35,670 nt of DNA from an uncultured Clostridium sp. (GCA_946497905.1 CAMMMI010000003.1:1-35670); one strand, 5' to 3'; shown: positions 17,468-27,096, counted from the first letter of the stretch. Notes: generated by a model from the sequence alone, not told the origin. Made by a program: numbers and translations.

Positions 17468-19600
17468 TAATAAGCACCTGCTCCTTTTAAAGTCCTAGTA
17501 ATTGTTGGTGTTACTGCTCTACCTACTTTTGTGCTATCCATGTAAATATCACTACCTTCTACTGTTATATTAGCATTTAAACTTTTACTTACATTTGCTG
17601 TTGTAGATAAGCTAGCACTCAATTTTTGAGTTTCGAAATCTACAGCTGTTTTCATTTGTCTATATACTTTAGCTAAATTACTATTGAAACCTTCTCCTAG
17701 TCCTAAAGCTAAAAATTTACCAATTTCGCGATTAAAAACTTTTGAAGGTGAATGTATTCCGAATGTCTTTTTGAATCCATCTATAATTCCTCCTGCAAAA
17801 TTAGATATTTTATTTTTAATCCAGCCACCCATTCCAGTAATACCATTCCAAAGTCCTTCTACTATATTTTTTCCAATGTCTAAAACTTTTCCTGGCAATT
17901 CTGTTATCGTGTTAATGATGTTATTTACTAAATTAATTGCAGACTCTCTTCCTTTATTAGCTAAATTTATTCCCCAATTTATCACATTATTTATTGTGTT
18001 TTGTAGCCAAGTTGATATTCTTCCGTGGTAATTCTGCAAACCAATTTATTATTGCATTTATAGTATTTGAAACCCATTGTACTGCAGAATTATAAGTATT
18101 TTGCCCCCATGTAGAAATGTTGTTTATAGTGTTTTGTAACCATTCTTCAATTCGTCCAGGTAGTTGCTTAAACCAATCTACTATGCTATTTATAAAATTA
18201 GGAATGTCGTTTGTTATAAATTCTACTAGCTTTAACCCTAGATTTGCTATATGTCCAAGTATTTCTCCTATAAAAACACCTATATTATATGGCAGTTGTT
18301 GAAACCAAGTTATTACGTTTTGTATCCATTGTGGTACAGTTGTCGCAAAGAAACTAACTATACTATTCCAACCATTTATAAAAAAGTTTTTTATACTTTC
18401 CCAGATATTTTGAAAAAATGTTGGTATTGAACTAAAAAAGTTACATATTGCATTCCATGTGTTTATAATAGCATTTCTAAATCCTTCGTTTGTATTCCAC
18501 AAATAAACAATAACTCCTACTATTGCTGTTATAGCCGTTATTACTATCCCTACAGGACTTGTTAAAAAACTAAATGCTGAACCTAATAATTTTACCGCTT
18601 TACTTCCTAAATTGAAAGTTTCGTTTAATTTAGACCCTACTGTAATTAAACTGCTTATTCCACTTGATATTTTTCCAATTGTTCCTAATATTGGTCCAGC
18701 TACTGCTAATACCCCTGCTATTTTTAATATTGTTGCTTGCGTTTCTTGGTCTAAGTTTGCAAAAGCATTAGCCCATTCTGTTATTTTTTCAACTACCTGT
18801 GTAACAATTGGTAATAAACTTTGTGTTAGATTTCCTAAAGCTGTATTTAATGCGTCCATAGCTGTAGAAAGTTTACCATTCATAGTCTGAGAAGCTTTTT
18901 CCATTGCGTTATAATATCTTCCACCTTCTGATGTTGCAGTTTGCATTGCTCCTGCTATATCTTCAAAAGATACCTTACCTTCTGATACTTCGTCTCTTAG
19001 AGTCGCCATAGATTTTCCAGTTTTTTCTGACATAATCTGCAGCGGATTGAATCCAGCATCTATCATTTGGTTGATATCTTCCATTGTCGCTTTTCCTGAT
19101 GCACCAATTTGAGAAAAAGCTCTTGTTAAACTCATTAATTTTTCGCTATTTCCCATTGAAATATCGCCTAAAGTTTGAAGATATCCCGTAGTCTTATCTG
19201 CTTGTAATCCAAATCCCAACATCATTTGAGTAGCTTCAAGTAAATCTGTAGTCTCAAAAGGTGTAGTGTTAGCCATTTCTTTTAATGTATTTAGCATTTC
19301 ACTTGCTTTATCTGCACTACCTAATAGTGTAGTTAAATTAGCTTGAAAATCTTCCATTTGAGCATTATATTTTACTCCTGCTGTTCCTAAAGCTATTAAA
19401 GGCGTTGTCAAACCTACAGTTAGTGCTGTTCCAGCTTTTGTAGCTACTTTACCTATTGAACTAAATCCATTAGAAATTTTTTTGGATAATGATGATGCTG
19501 GCTTTTCTAATGTTTCTAAATCTTTATTTAATGATTTTAATCCTGCTTCTAGCTGTTCTTTAGTTAATTCAACTTCTATTGTTACTGAGCCGTCTGACAT
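17467..19600 (-). CDS. Tape measure protein, 710 aa when joined by +1 shift at CGG 18023-18025
   Basis: Tape-measure domain (MANTTPFE...LGDISMG), Trp-periodic repeats, C-terminal GIHSPSKVF. The two ORF-track halves join as WFAELP-[C]-GRISTWLQNTINN. Confidence 0.9.
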
Positions 19601-19635
19601 ATTTTGTCCTTTCTTGTTATCGGCTCATAATGGCA

Positions 19636-19779
19636 CTACCTAACATTTATTTTTATTTCAAATTCTTTTTTGCAATTTCGCCCTTTACATTTAACAAAAA
19701 TGCCTTTTGCTTTTGATATTTTTTTATTGTATTTTATCGGCATTTCGTATCCGCAAAAGGGACATTTCACCTTCTCCAT
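19636..19779 (-). CDS. Mu Com-like zinc-ribbon protein, 47 aa
   Basis: MEKVKCPFCGYEM...GIFVKCKGRNCKKEFEIKI; SD GGAGG. Confidence 0.65.
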   Translation of the reverse strand: MEKVKCPFCGYEMPIKYNKKISKAKGIFVKCKGRNCKKEFEIKINVR

Positions 19780-19792
19780 TTTTCCTCCACAA

Positions 19793-19854
19793 TAAAAAAC
19801 ACCAGAAATTAATCTGATGTTAAAAATAAAAACACTTACATTTCTGCAAGTGTT
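19793..19854 (-). terminator. Two tandem terminator-like hairpins after the moron
   Basis: AACACTTGCA-gaaa-TGTAAGTGTT+TTT and AACATCAGA...TCTGGTGTT+TTT. Confidence 0.65.
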
Positions 19855-19860
19855 CTTAAT

Positions 19861-20421
19861 CTAGCTATTTAGTTTTATTTTTAATTCTTTTGAACTCCAT
19901 AGATTGTCATTATACACCAATATTAAACCTGTATCTCCTATTGGTTCTTCAAAAACCATAGTTCCTTCTACACTTCCTCCTGGTATTAATTCTCCAGAAT
20001 TTAATTGTGTGTCGTCGTTTATTCCTACTGTAATCGTATAATTTTCTTGTTGTCCTTGTGAGTTTTGCATTTTAAAATAAAATGGATTATAACTTAAGTT
20101 ACTATCTCCTTTATTTTCTATTTTTACATGAACTATTACGTACTCTTTCCCTGATGCTGGTTTATTATATTGTTCTCCTTGTGAACGTTCAACTTGAGTT
20201 ACTGTAATAGCTCCATTTCCTAAAATTGCTTCTTCTCCTTGATTGTATTCTGTTTTTTCTTCTTGTTGCGTTGTTTGTGTTGATGCTGTTTGAGTTGTGT
20301 TGTCATTTACAGTACTATTATTTCCTGCTCCTGCAAATGCTATTATAACTATAATAACAATTACCCAAAACCACCATTTCTTATAAATTGGTTTCTTTTC
20401 ATTATCTGAGTGATTTGCCAT
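19861..20421 (-). CDS. DUF4352-like membrane-anchored protein (moron in the tail operon)
   Basis: KKPIYKKWWFW plus TM helix; Ig-like domain EYVIVHVKIEN...YNPFYF...SGELIPGGSVEGTMVFE. Confidence 0.8.
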   Translation of the reverse strand: MANHSDNEKKPIYKKWWFWVIVIIVIIAFAGAGNNSTVNDNTTQTASTQTTQQEEKTEYNQGEEAILGNGAITVTQVERSQGEQYNKPASGKEYVIVHVKIENKGDSNLSYNPFYFKMQNSQGQQENYTITVGINDDTQLNSGELIPGGSVEGTMVFEEPIGDTGLILVYNDNLWSSKELKIKLNS

Positions 20422-20452
20422 AATATATCCTCCTTTTATTTTTTATAAAGAG

Positions 20453-20481
20453 AGTATATACCAAAATTTTACATTTTGCAA
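20453..20481 (-). promoter_or_regulatory. SigA promoter of the moron
   Basis: TTGCAA-17 nt-TATACT followed by SD AAGGAGG. Confidence 0.7.
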
Positions 20482-20487
20482 CATTTT

Positions 20488-21057
20488 TTATAAAAAAGCA
20501 CGAGCAAAATCACTTTCTTTTTGTTCTTGTGTTCTCATATCTGGTAAAGCGTATAATTTTTGTAGTTTTCTATATCTTTTTCTTTCTTCTTTATCTTTTA
20601 TTTTAGATAAATCCATCGCTCTATACCCCATGATTTCAACTATCCTATTGTCTGATTTCAACCCATTAAACATTGCTTTAAACTTCCACCAATGTAAGTA
20701 TTCTATTTCTTCTAGATCAAGATTATATTGGTTTTTAAACGCACTATAAATTAATTCATTATCAAATTCATAGCTATAAATTTGTTTTTCTTTTTTATTT
20801 TCATTATTTTGACTAGTCTTATTTTTATTATCGCAACCATAAAACCAAATAATATCATCTAATGCTTTTTCTAGGTCTGTAATCTGTTCTAAATTTGGAT
20901 AAAATAATTTCAATGTTTGATATGTTTTTGCTTGTATTGAATATTTTGGGTTTTGCATTAATAATTCAAATGTTATAACTGTTCTAAAATCAGTATTAAA
21001 TTCTGTTTTTATTTTATTTTTAACTAACTCATCAATATCATCTAACAACAAATTCAT
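20488..21057 (-). CDS. Gp15-family tail assembly chaperone
   Basis: NTDFR, IYSAFKNQYNLDL, LHWWKFKAMF and IMGYR motifs. Confidence 0.85.
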   Translation of the reverse strand: MNLLLDDIDELVKNKIKTEFNTDFRTVITFELLMQNPKYSIQAKTYQTLKLFYPNLEQITDLEKALDDIIWFYGCDNKNKTSQNNENKKEKQIYSYEFDNELIYSAFKNQYNLDLEEIEYLHWWKFKAMFNGLKSDNRIVEIMGYRAMDLSKIKDKEERKRYRKLQKLYALPDMRTQEQKESDFARAFL

Positions 21058-21437
21058 TATTTTCTAGCTCTCCTTGTTGCTCTATTAACAGAATAATCTT
21101 TATCTATTTCATCTAATTCTTTTTGTATATCTTTCATTTCATTTGAAAGTTCTCTATCTTGTTCTTTTCTTGCTTGTACTAAATCTTTGTATGCTTTAAC
21201 ACATAATTTAAAATTTTGTTTTCCTTTAAATATTTCTTTTGAAGTTCCTCCTCCAAAAATATTGTCAAAACATTTTTCAATTGCTGTGCTGAATTTTCTT
21301 ATAAACTCAGATTGTTTCATATTTTTTATATCTAGTTTGTTTACTGTATTTTTCATTTCCTCAGTGTATTTATCCCATTTTTCCATCTCATCAGCATCAA
21401 AAAAATCAAATTCTATTTCTTTTCCTAATATTTTCAT
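21057..21437 (-). CDS. Tail assembly chaperone
   Basis: Between major tail and Gp15 genes; FDNIFGGGTSKEIF, NRATRRA. Confidence 0.7.
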   Translation of the reverse strand: MKILGKEIEFDFFDADEMEKWDKYTEEMKNTVNKLDIKNMKQSEFIRKFSTAIEKCFDNIFGGGTSKEIFKGKQNFKLCVKAYKDLVQARKEQDRELSNEMKDIQKELDEIDKDYSVNRATRRARK

Positions 21438-21468
21438 ATTATCCTCCTAATTTTAAAGAGGCTTATTT

Positions 21469-22224
21469 CTAAGCCTCTACTAATGTTATTTCTTTGTAAA
21501 CAGCACTTGTACCTACTACAACAGACACTTCACTTTGTGTTGTGTATCCTTCTTTACTGATTTCTACATTAGAATATGTAGCTTGTGCTAAATTAATATT
21601 TGCTATTCCGTTTGCATCAGTATAAATAGTGTTGTTTGTATCTACTATTATTTCAGCACCTTGTACTTGTCCATCTGCATCACTAACATTAAATGTAACT
21701 AATTGCACTGCGTTGTCTCCATCGGCTTGGAAAGATACTGCAGAAATATTTTTAATAGAATTTGCATTGTCAAGTGGTGTTGCTGTACCAACTATAATAT
21801 CTCCATTAGCTCCAAATGTTCCTGAAATTGTGTATTTATTTTCATCTCCTCCTGAACTATCAGGAATTACTGAGTAAATTCTTTTAGTTGCATAATATCC
21901 AGTACCTTTTTTGATATTAAAGTCTACTGTTACTATTTCTACATTTATATTAGTTTTCTCTAATATTTCTACTTCTGACAAGAAATTATGTATCATATCT
22001 CCTACTATTCTGTCTGCTTCATAAGCTATTTCTTTTGCATAGCCTGTTACTCTTTTTCTTGTGCTTGGTTCATCAATATACTTTGTTTCATCTGTTTCAG
22101 CATTGCTTGAATTTTCTCCACTTGTAAAGCCTTTCATTCTATTAAATGTAGTTCCATTTATAATTGTAGACATGAAATTTACTATATTATCTCTGTTATA
22201 AAATACTAATTCTCGTTGAGACAT
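21469..22224 (-). CDS. Major tail protein with C-terminal Ig-like extension
   Basis: Position; C-terminal VTFNVSD...GAEI...TDANGIANINL...ISKEGY. Confidence 0.75.
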   Translation of the reverse strand: MSQRELVFYNRDNIVNFMSTIINGTTFNRMKGFTSGENSSNAETDETKYIDEPSTRKRVTGYAKEIAYEADRIVGDMIHNFLSEVEILEKTNINVEIVTVDFNIKKGTGYYATKRIYSVIPDSSGGDENKYTISGTFGANGDIIVGTATPLDNANSIKNISAVSFQADGDNAVQLVTFNVSDADGQVQGAEIIVDTNNTIYTDANGIANINLAQATYSNVEISKEGYTTQSEVSVVVGTSAVYKEITLVEA

Positions 22225-22258
22225 TTCTTTTCCTCCTTATAAAAAAATAAAGCCCTTT

Positions 22259-22675
22259 TTAGGCTTGGTAATACGTACAATTCATTTGAATTATATATGT
22301 TGCTTGTGTATTTGTTCTTTGTAATATGTAACTTGGAGATGTGCATTGAATGTGTTGAATATTTGATATTTCAGGTAAGTTTCTGTTATCATCTTGCTCT
22401 TCAATCCATTCCATGAAATCTTCTCCAAATTTACTATTCGCTAAGTTTTCTATATTTCTACTTGAAATAGGTGCTTGTACCACAAAATCGAAAGCTATTT
22501 GTCTTATGCTTCCACCATCTCTATATTGTGTTACAATTGGTGTTGTAGGAGATTGAATTATAGAATAACTATTTACATCTCCTTTTAAGTAATCTACATC
22601 TATTTTGCCTTTATTTAAATATGGGCATGTTTCAATAAACTCTTTTATTAATTCCATTTTTGATTTTTCTGCCAT
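22259..22675 (-). CDS. Tail terminator / head-tail joining protein
   Basis: Position and size in the connector cluster. Confidence 0.6.
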   Translation of the reverse strand: MAEKSKMELIKEFIETCPYLNKGKIDVDYLKGDVNSYSIIQSPTTPIVTQYRDGGSIRQIAFDFVVQAPISSRNIENLANSKFGEDFMEWIEEQDDNRNLPEISNIQHIQCTSPSYILQRTNTQATYIIQMNCTYYQA

Positions 22676-22679
22676 TTTA

Positions 22680-23129
22680 TTAACCTCTTTTTATATAGTT
22701 TTGGATATCTCGAGTAAGTTCTTTTCCTTTTTTCTCCATCATCAATTTTTCCCATTCTGGACCAGTACCTGGAGTATGATAAGTTAATTTTTTACCACTC
22801 GGTTTCTTTCTTTCTCCTTTTGGAGACCACCATTTATCGTTCTTTAAAGGTATTCCTGATACTCCTAATGTTGGGCTTATGTATTCTTTTCCTGTGTATT
22901 GATAATGAGAATAAGGGCTAGTATATTTAATTTTAGATGGACTAGGATATGATTTTAGCCTTCTTAAATCACCTGTTTCTCCCATAGGTATAAATGGATT
23001 CATTAATCTATCTGCCTCATCTCTTGCATATCGCACTACTCTTCCATCTTCATTTAAGCCGTGGTCTTTTAAAATTTTATTTACACTATTTAATTTTACT
23101 TTTACATTAATGTTGAAACCACTTGCCAT
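22680..23129 (-). CDS. Minor capsid / neck protein
   Basis: PFIPMGETGDL, YTSPYSHYQY, TGPEW. Confidence 0.7.
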   Translation of the reverse strand: MASGFNINVKVKLNSVNKILKDHGLNEDGRVVRYARDEADRLMNPFIPMGETGDLRRLKSYPSPSKIKYTSPYSHYQYTGKEYISPTLGVSGIPLKNDKWWSPKGERKKPSGKKLTYHTPGTGPEWEKLMMEKKGKELTRDIQNYIKRG

Positions 23130-23572
23130 TATTCAGACACCTCAACTTTGAAGTGTTGTAGATTTCCTTTTCTGTTATCTGCTACACTTATAATTTGGAA
23201 TAATTTATGTTCTTTTTTTATTTCAGTCATATCAAACTCTAGGTCACATTTGCCATCTACTATATAGTCTCCTTCCATTAAAGTCCATGCGTGGTCTACT
23301 AATTTAGAATTTAGTGTAAAATTAAGGATTGAGTTATATTTATCTAATGATTTATTATCAATATAACTATTTAAAGCTAATTGGCTGTTAATTAAAGCTA
23401 TTTTTGTTGGAATCACTATACTTGCACTTCCTGCTACTTCTTCTCCATTTGAATTTATAACAATTTTTCTAGTTTTCCTAACATATACTTTGTCAATAAC
23501 TGTTCTTTGAAAACTTTCATCTTCTTTTTGGTTATAAATAGTTACAGTGTCTTTAAAAAATCTATCGTTCAT
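23129..23572 (-). CDS. Head closure protein
   Basis: DTVTIYN, GDYIV, C-terminal HFKV; position. Confidence 0.6.
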   Translation of the reverse strand: MNDRFFKDTVTIYNQKEDESFQRTVIDKVYVRKTRKIVINSNGEEVAGSASIVIPTKIALINSQLALNSYIDNKSLDKYNSILNFTLNSKLVDHAWTLMEGDYIVDGKCDLEFDMTEIKKEHKLFQIISVADNRKGNLQHFKVEVSE

Positions 23573-23953
23573 TTAGCACACCCCACAATATAGTAATGGA
23601 TTTCCATCAATACCGATTACATTCCATAAATATTGTTTTAATGTAGAATATTTTTTATCTTCATAATCAGTTTTGATTTCTTCGGGTGTAGAATAACTTT
23701 CACTCCAACCTTCAATATTTTGCGATTTTAAGTTTCCTATTTCATTCAGTTTTGTATTTTCTTCATTGATTAAATCAATAATTAAGCAAGTAGTATACTT
23801 AACTTGCTCTGGAATATTATTTTCATCAATTCTTCCAAAAGTTTTGTAGCTAATATAGTTACTTGCTTTTATATTTAAATTATCGAAGTCATCAGGCACG
23901 TTATCTTTACCTAACAATTCTTTATATTCTGTTTCTGTTATGTATTTAAGCAT
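23573..23953 (-). CDS. Head-tail adaptor
   Basis: YITETEY, TFGRI, SQNIEGWSESY, LLYCGV; follows the capsid gene. Confidence 0.7.
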   Translation of the reverse strand: MLKYITETEYKELLGKDNVPDDFDNLNIKASNYISYKTFGRIDENNIPEQVKYTTCLIIDLINEENTKLNEIGNLKSQNIEGWSESYSTPEEIKTDYEDKKYSTLKQYLWNVIGIDGNPLLYCGVC

Positions 23954-23968
23954 ACCTTATTCCTCCTA

Positions 23969-25066
23969 CTAGGCAAAATCTACTAATAAATCTGAATCTA
24001 ATTCTTTTATTCCATATATAATATCGAATGAGATTTTGTCTGTTTTTGTTTTTGAGTCATAATCAAATACAACTCTTACAGCTAGTCCATTAGCACTTGC
24101 AACAGCTGATTTTGCAGCACCTTGTGGTAATTCCAATTGTCTTGTTACTAAGGCTAAACCATTTCTATGGAAGCCTAGAGAATGAGCTTTGTTTATTATT
24201 ACTGCATCTGTAGCTTCTGTTATAGCAAATGGTATTTTTTCAGTAACTTTTAAAGTTCCTGCTCCACTTGATAATGTTAAATCTTCAGAACATTCAAATA
24301 AATATCCATTAACAATTAATTTGTCTCCTTTTTTGATTGTTCCTGTTGCTGCAGTACCATTTGAAACAGTAAATTTAGTATCTCCTTTTGTACAAGTTAC
24401 TTTATATGCTGTTGCTGTACCTGCTGTTGCAGAATTGTTTTGAGGTGCATTTTGAGACATGAAAGTATTCATTGTATATACTTTTCCAATTTCAGCTTCT
24501 TTTAGTGCTTCTGAGTCTCCTTTATAGCAAACCTTTGCAAAATTATCTAAAGTATTGTATTTGTATAAAGTATCTACAGCTAATACTAAATTTCTTAAAT
24601 TATCTCTAGGGGCTTTCTTATTATCTAGTGCTTTTGCTACATTTGCTATATCTACTATTGTTGGTGTATTAGATACCGCTACCTTTGAGCCTGCTTTTTC
24701 AATACCTACAGTTAATAAATCTGTATCTACAGCTTGTGCAATTGATGTTAAAGCAGGTTTTACTACTTGCTCGCTAAAATCTTTTATATCAAGTGTCATT
24801 TCTTTTGAAGTTACAGGAATTGTTACATCTCTGTATCTGTCCATTTTTACTGGAACTGACCCTTCAGAAATTTCTTGTTCTTCTGTTTCTCCTATGAAAT
24901 TTTTTGCTACAAATTTTGCAGGTTTTCTTACTGTTATAGTATCTCCTACATGTACAAATTCTTTTGAATAGTCTCTATGTACTAAATTAGCCATAGTTAA
25001 ATTTGATTCTAATACCATTAAAGCTTCATTCGCTATGATTTGTGGTGTTAATACTGTATTTCCCAT
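23969..25066 (-). CDS. Major capsid protein (P22 coat-like family)
   Basis: LTPQIIANEALMVL, GDTITVRKP, FDIIYGIK; follows the scaffold gene. Confidence 0.88.
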   Translation of the reverse strand: MGNTVLTPQIIANEALMVLESNLTMANLVHRDYSKEFVHVGDTITVRKPAKFVAKNFIGETEEQEISEGSVPVKMDRYRDVTIPVTSKEMTLDIKDFSEQVVKPALTSIAQAVDTDLLTVGIEKAGSKVAVSNTPTIVDIANVAKALDNKKAPRDNLRNLVLAVDTLYKYNTLDNFAKVCYKGDSEALKEAEIGKVYTMNTFMSQNAPQNNSATAGTATAYKVTCTKGDTKFTVSNGTAATGTIKKGDKLIVNGYLFECSEDLTLSSGAGTLKVTEKIPFAITEATDAVIINKAHSLGFHRNGLALVTRQLELPQGAAKSAVASANGLAVRVVFDYDSKTKTDKISFDIIYGIKELDSDLLVDFA

Positions 25067-25085
25067 AATTTAATTCCTTCTTTCT

Positions 25086-25634
25086 TTAATTATTTTGTTT
25101 TCTCCATTGTTTATAAGTGTTATAATCCATTTTTTCAGGATCTCCACTTATTTTATTTTCTGTTCCTGGAGTAGAAGCAGAAAAAGTTGGTAAAGGTTTT
25201 TCGTTTTCAAACAAATAATCATGACTTTCTTTTAAAGAGTTTATTTGTTCTTCTAATCCTTCAACAATTTCATAATTGTCATTAAATTTTACCTTTTCCA
25301 TATCTAGCATTTTATTGATTATGCTAGTATCTTTAGCTTTGTAATTTGCTAATGCTTTTTCTAAAGCATTTTGTTTTTTAAATTCTTCGATTTCTTTAGA
25401 ACCTTCTGCTTTTCCTAATTCGAATTGTTCTTTTTTTATAGCTTCGACGTCCACTTTTTCAAGTTCAGCTATTTTATTGTTTTTTTCTGCAATTGTAGTA
25501 TCTTTAACATTTACTTGTTCTGTTAAATCATCTACTTTTGCTTTTAATGCTGTTGTATCTTTACCTGCTTCAGCCATTATTTTTTCAACAACATCTGCTT
25601 CAAGTCCTAAATCTTCTAAAAATTTTCTTTTCAT
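25086..25634 (-). CDS. Scaffolding protein (GP20 family)
   Basis: MKRKFLEDLGL...IMAEAGKD, GLEEQINSLKESHDYLF. Confidence 0.88.
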   Translation of the reverse strand: MKRKFLEDLGLEADVVEKIMAEAGKDTTALKAKVDDLTEQVNVKDTTIAEKNNKIAELEKVDVEAIKKEQFELGKAEGSKEIEEFKKQNALEKALANYKAKDTSIINKMLDMEKVKFNDNYEIVEGLEEQINSLKESHDYLFENEKPLPTFSASTPGTENKISGDPEKMDYNTYKQWRKQNN

Positions 25635-25650
25635 ATTCTTTTCCTTTCCC

Positions 25651-25750
25651 TACTACGAACTTTTACGTGTTTTTCGTTCACGGTGTAGTCTTGTACTTAT
25701 TCACGACTTACAAGTAGTCGAAATTTATAGTTTAATGTCATCTCGGACAT
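25651..25750 (-). ncRNA. Structured leader RNA (tandem hairpin/pseudoknots) upstream of the scaffold gene
   Basis: Pairings AUGUC/GACAU; CGACU/AGUCG with ACUU/AAGU; CGUG/CACG with AAC/GUU; enclosing ACUAC/GUAGU next to the SD. Confidence 0.5.
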
Positions 25751-25775
25751 ATAAAAAGACAGCTGTTAGACTGTC

Positions 25776-26913
25776 TTAAATAACTAATCTACTATAATCT
25801 TTTCTAAGTCCTGTTTGGTCTAAGAAATTATTTAAAATATCATTATGTTCTTTTTGTCTTGCTTGTATATTTTTTATTTCTGTTTTCACTTCTTCAATAT
25901 TTATATCTTTATTTTTACTTGTTAATAATTTTTGTTGTGCAACTAATTCTTTTTTATCTTGTCTTATTGCTCTTTCTATTTTTCTTTGTTCCTGTGTTGC
26001 ATCATACATGCTTATTTTCTTTCCATTGTATGTTACCTTTTCATTTTTCCACTTATTGAGTTCTTTTTGTGTATAAGCTCTTGTAGAGCCTTTATAATAT
26101 GGATACCAATCATGTCTACAATTTACTCCTTTAAATCCTGTTGCTTCTCCATATCCTATATCATCTTTTGATAAATAACCTTTTTGACCACTTAAAGATA
26201 TTATTTTCCCTTGCCATTCTGCGTGACTAGGTCTTGCTCCCGAATGTGCTGTTATCTCCATTAAATCCCAGCCAAGTTCATTTGCTCTTGTTTCTTGTAA
26301 TTGCCCACAAGTTTGATTAACAGATGTAACAATATTCATTCTTACTGCACTTTCAATACTTCTTTTTGCCCCGACTTGGATATTCTATTAATGTTCCTTG
26401 TTGTGCTATCTTTCTTAATGCATCTATAAATGATTGTGTATAGCTTTTTACTCCTGTACTAACTTCTAAGTATGCCATATCAATTGCATTTTTAAATTGT
26501 GTTTGTGCTGTATTTGCTGTTGTCATACATAAGTTTTGTAAATTTCCTGCTGTTTTTACTATAGTTGCATTCATTATTTGTTTAATGCTTTCACTTTGAT
26601 TTAAGGGCACTGGATTCAATCCTGCTTCTTTATATATCTTGTCATCAAATTTTAAGCTTTTTTCTCCTGCCTCATAAAATATTTTATTTACTTCTTCTAC
26701 TGTTGTATCATTGTATTCTGCAACTAATCTTATAATGTCTTGATATAAAAATCCCATTTCTTGAGCTATTCTTAAACTATTTGTTACTACTGTATTCGCA
26801 TACCCATAATTTGCTATTCTTCTTGCTATTTCTTCTATTATTTGTAACTCTAAGTTCTGATATATTCCTATTGCTTGTTTTTCTATTTTTATAAAATCTT
26901 GTTCAGTTAGCAT
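25776..26913 (-). CDS. Phage minor capsid protein, 378 aa when joined by +1 shift at CGG 26371-26373
   Basis: Halves join as IEYPS-[C]-GAKRSIESAVRMNIVT; downstream AHSGARPSHAEWQG and GVNCRH motifs. Confidence 0.88.
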
Positions 26914-27088
26914 TATTTAACCTTTCTATTTCTTCATAAAAAATAACACCTGACGGAGAACTGATACTTAACGCACAGTCAACTGGATTTCTTGATATTA
27001 TTAAATTTTTATTTTTATCATATCTATAAATAAATCCTTTATATTCTTTCATTTTTAATGCTTTATACAAAATAAAGCTAATTATCAT
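26903..27088 (-). CDS. Small hypothetical protein between portal and minor capsid
   Basis: ORF fills the gap and overlaps the next start; no recognisable motif. Confidence 0.35.
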   Translation of the reverse strand: MIISFILYKALKMKEYKGFIYRYDKNKNLIISRNPVDCALSISSPSGVIFYEEIERLNNAN

Positions 27089-27096
27089 TTCTATTC

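Noticed and set aside
21040-21075. Programmed -1 frameshift between the tail chaperones
   Set aside because: No clear slippery heptamer before the stop; the genes are simply coupled by TAATG overlap.
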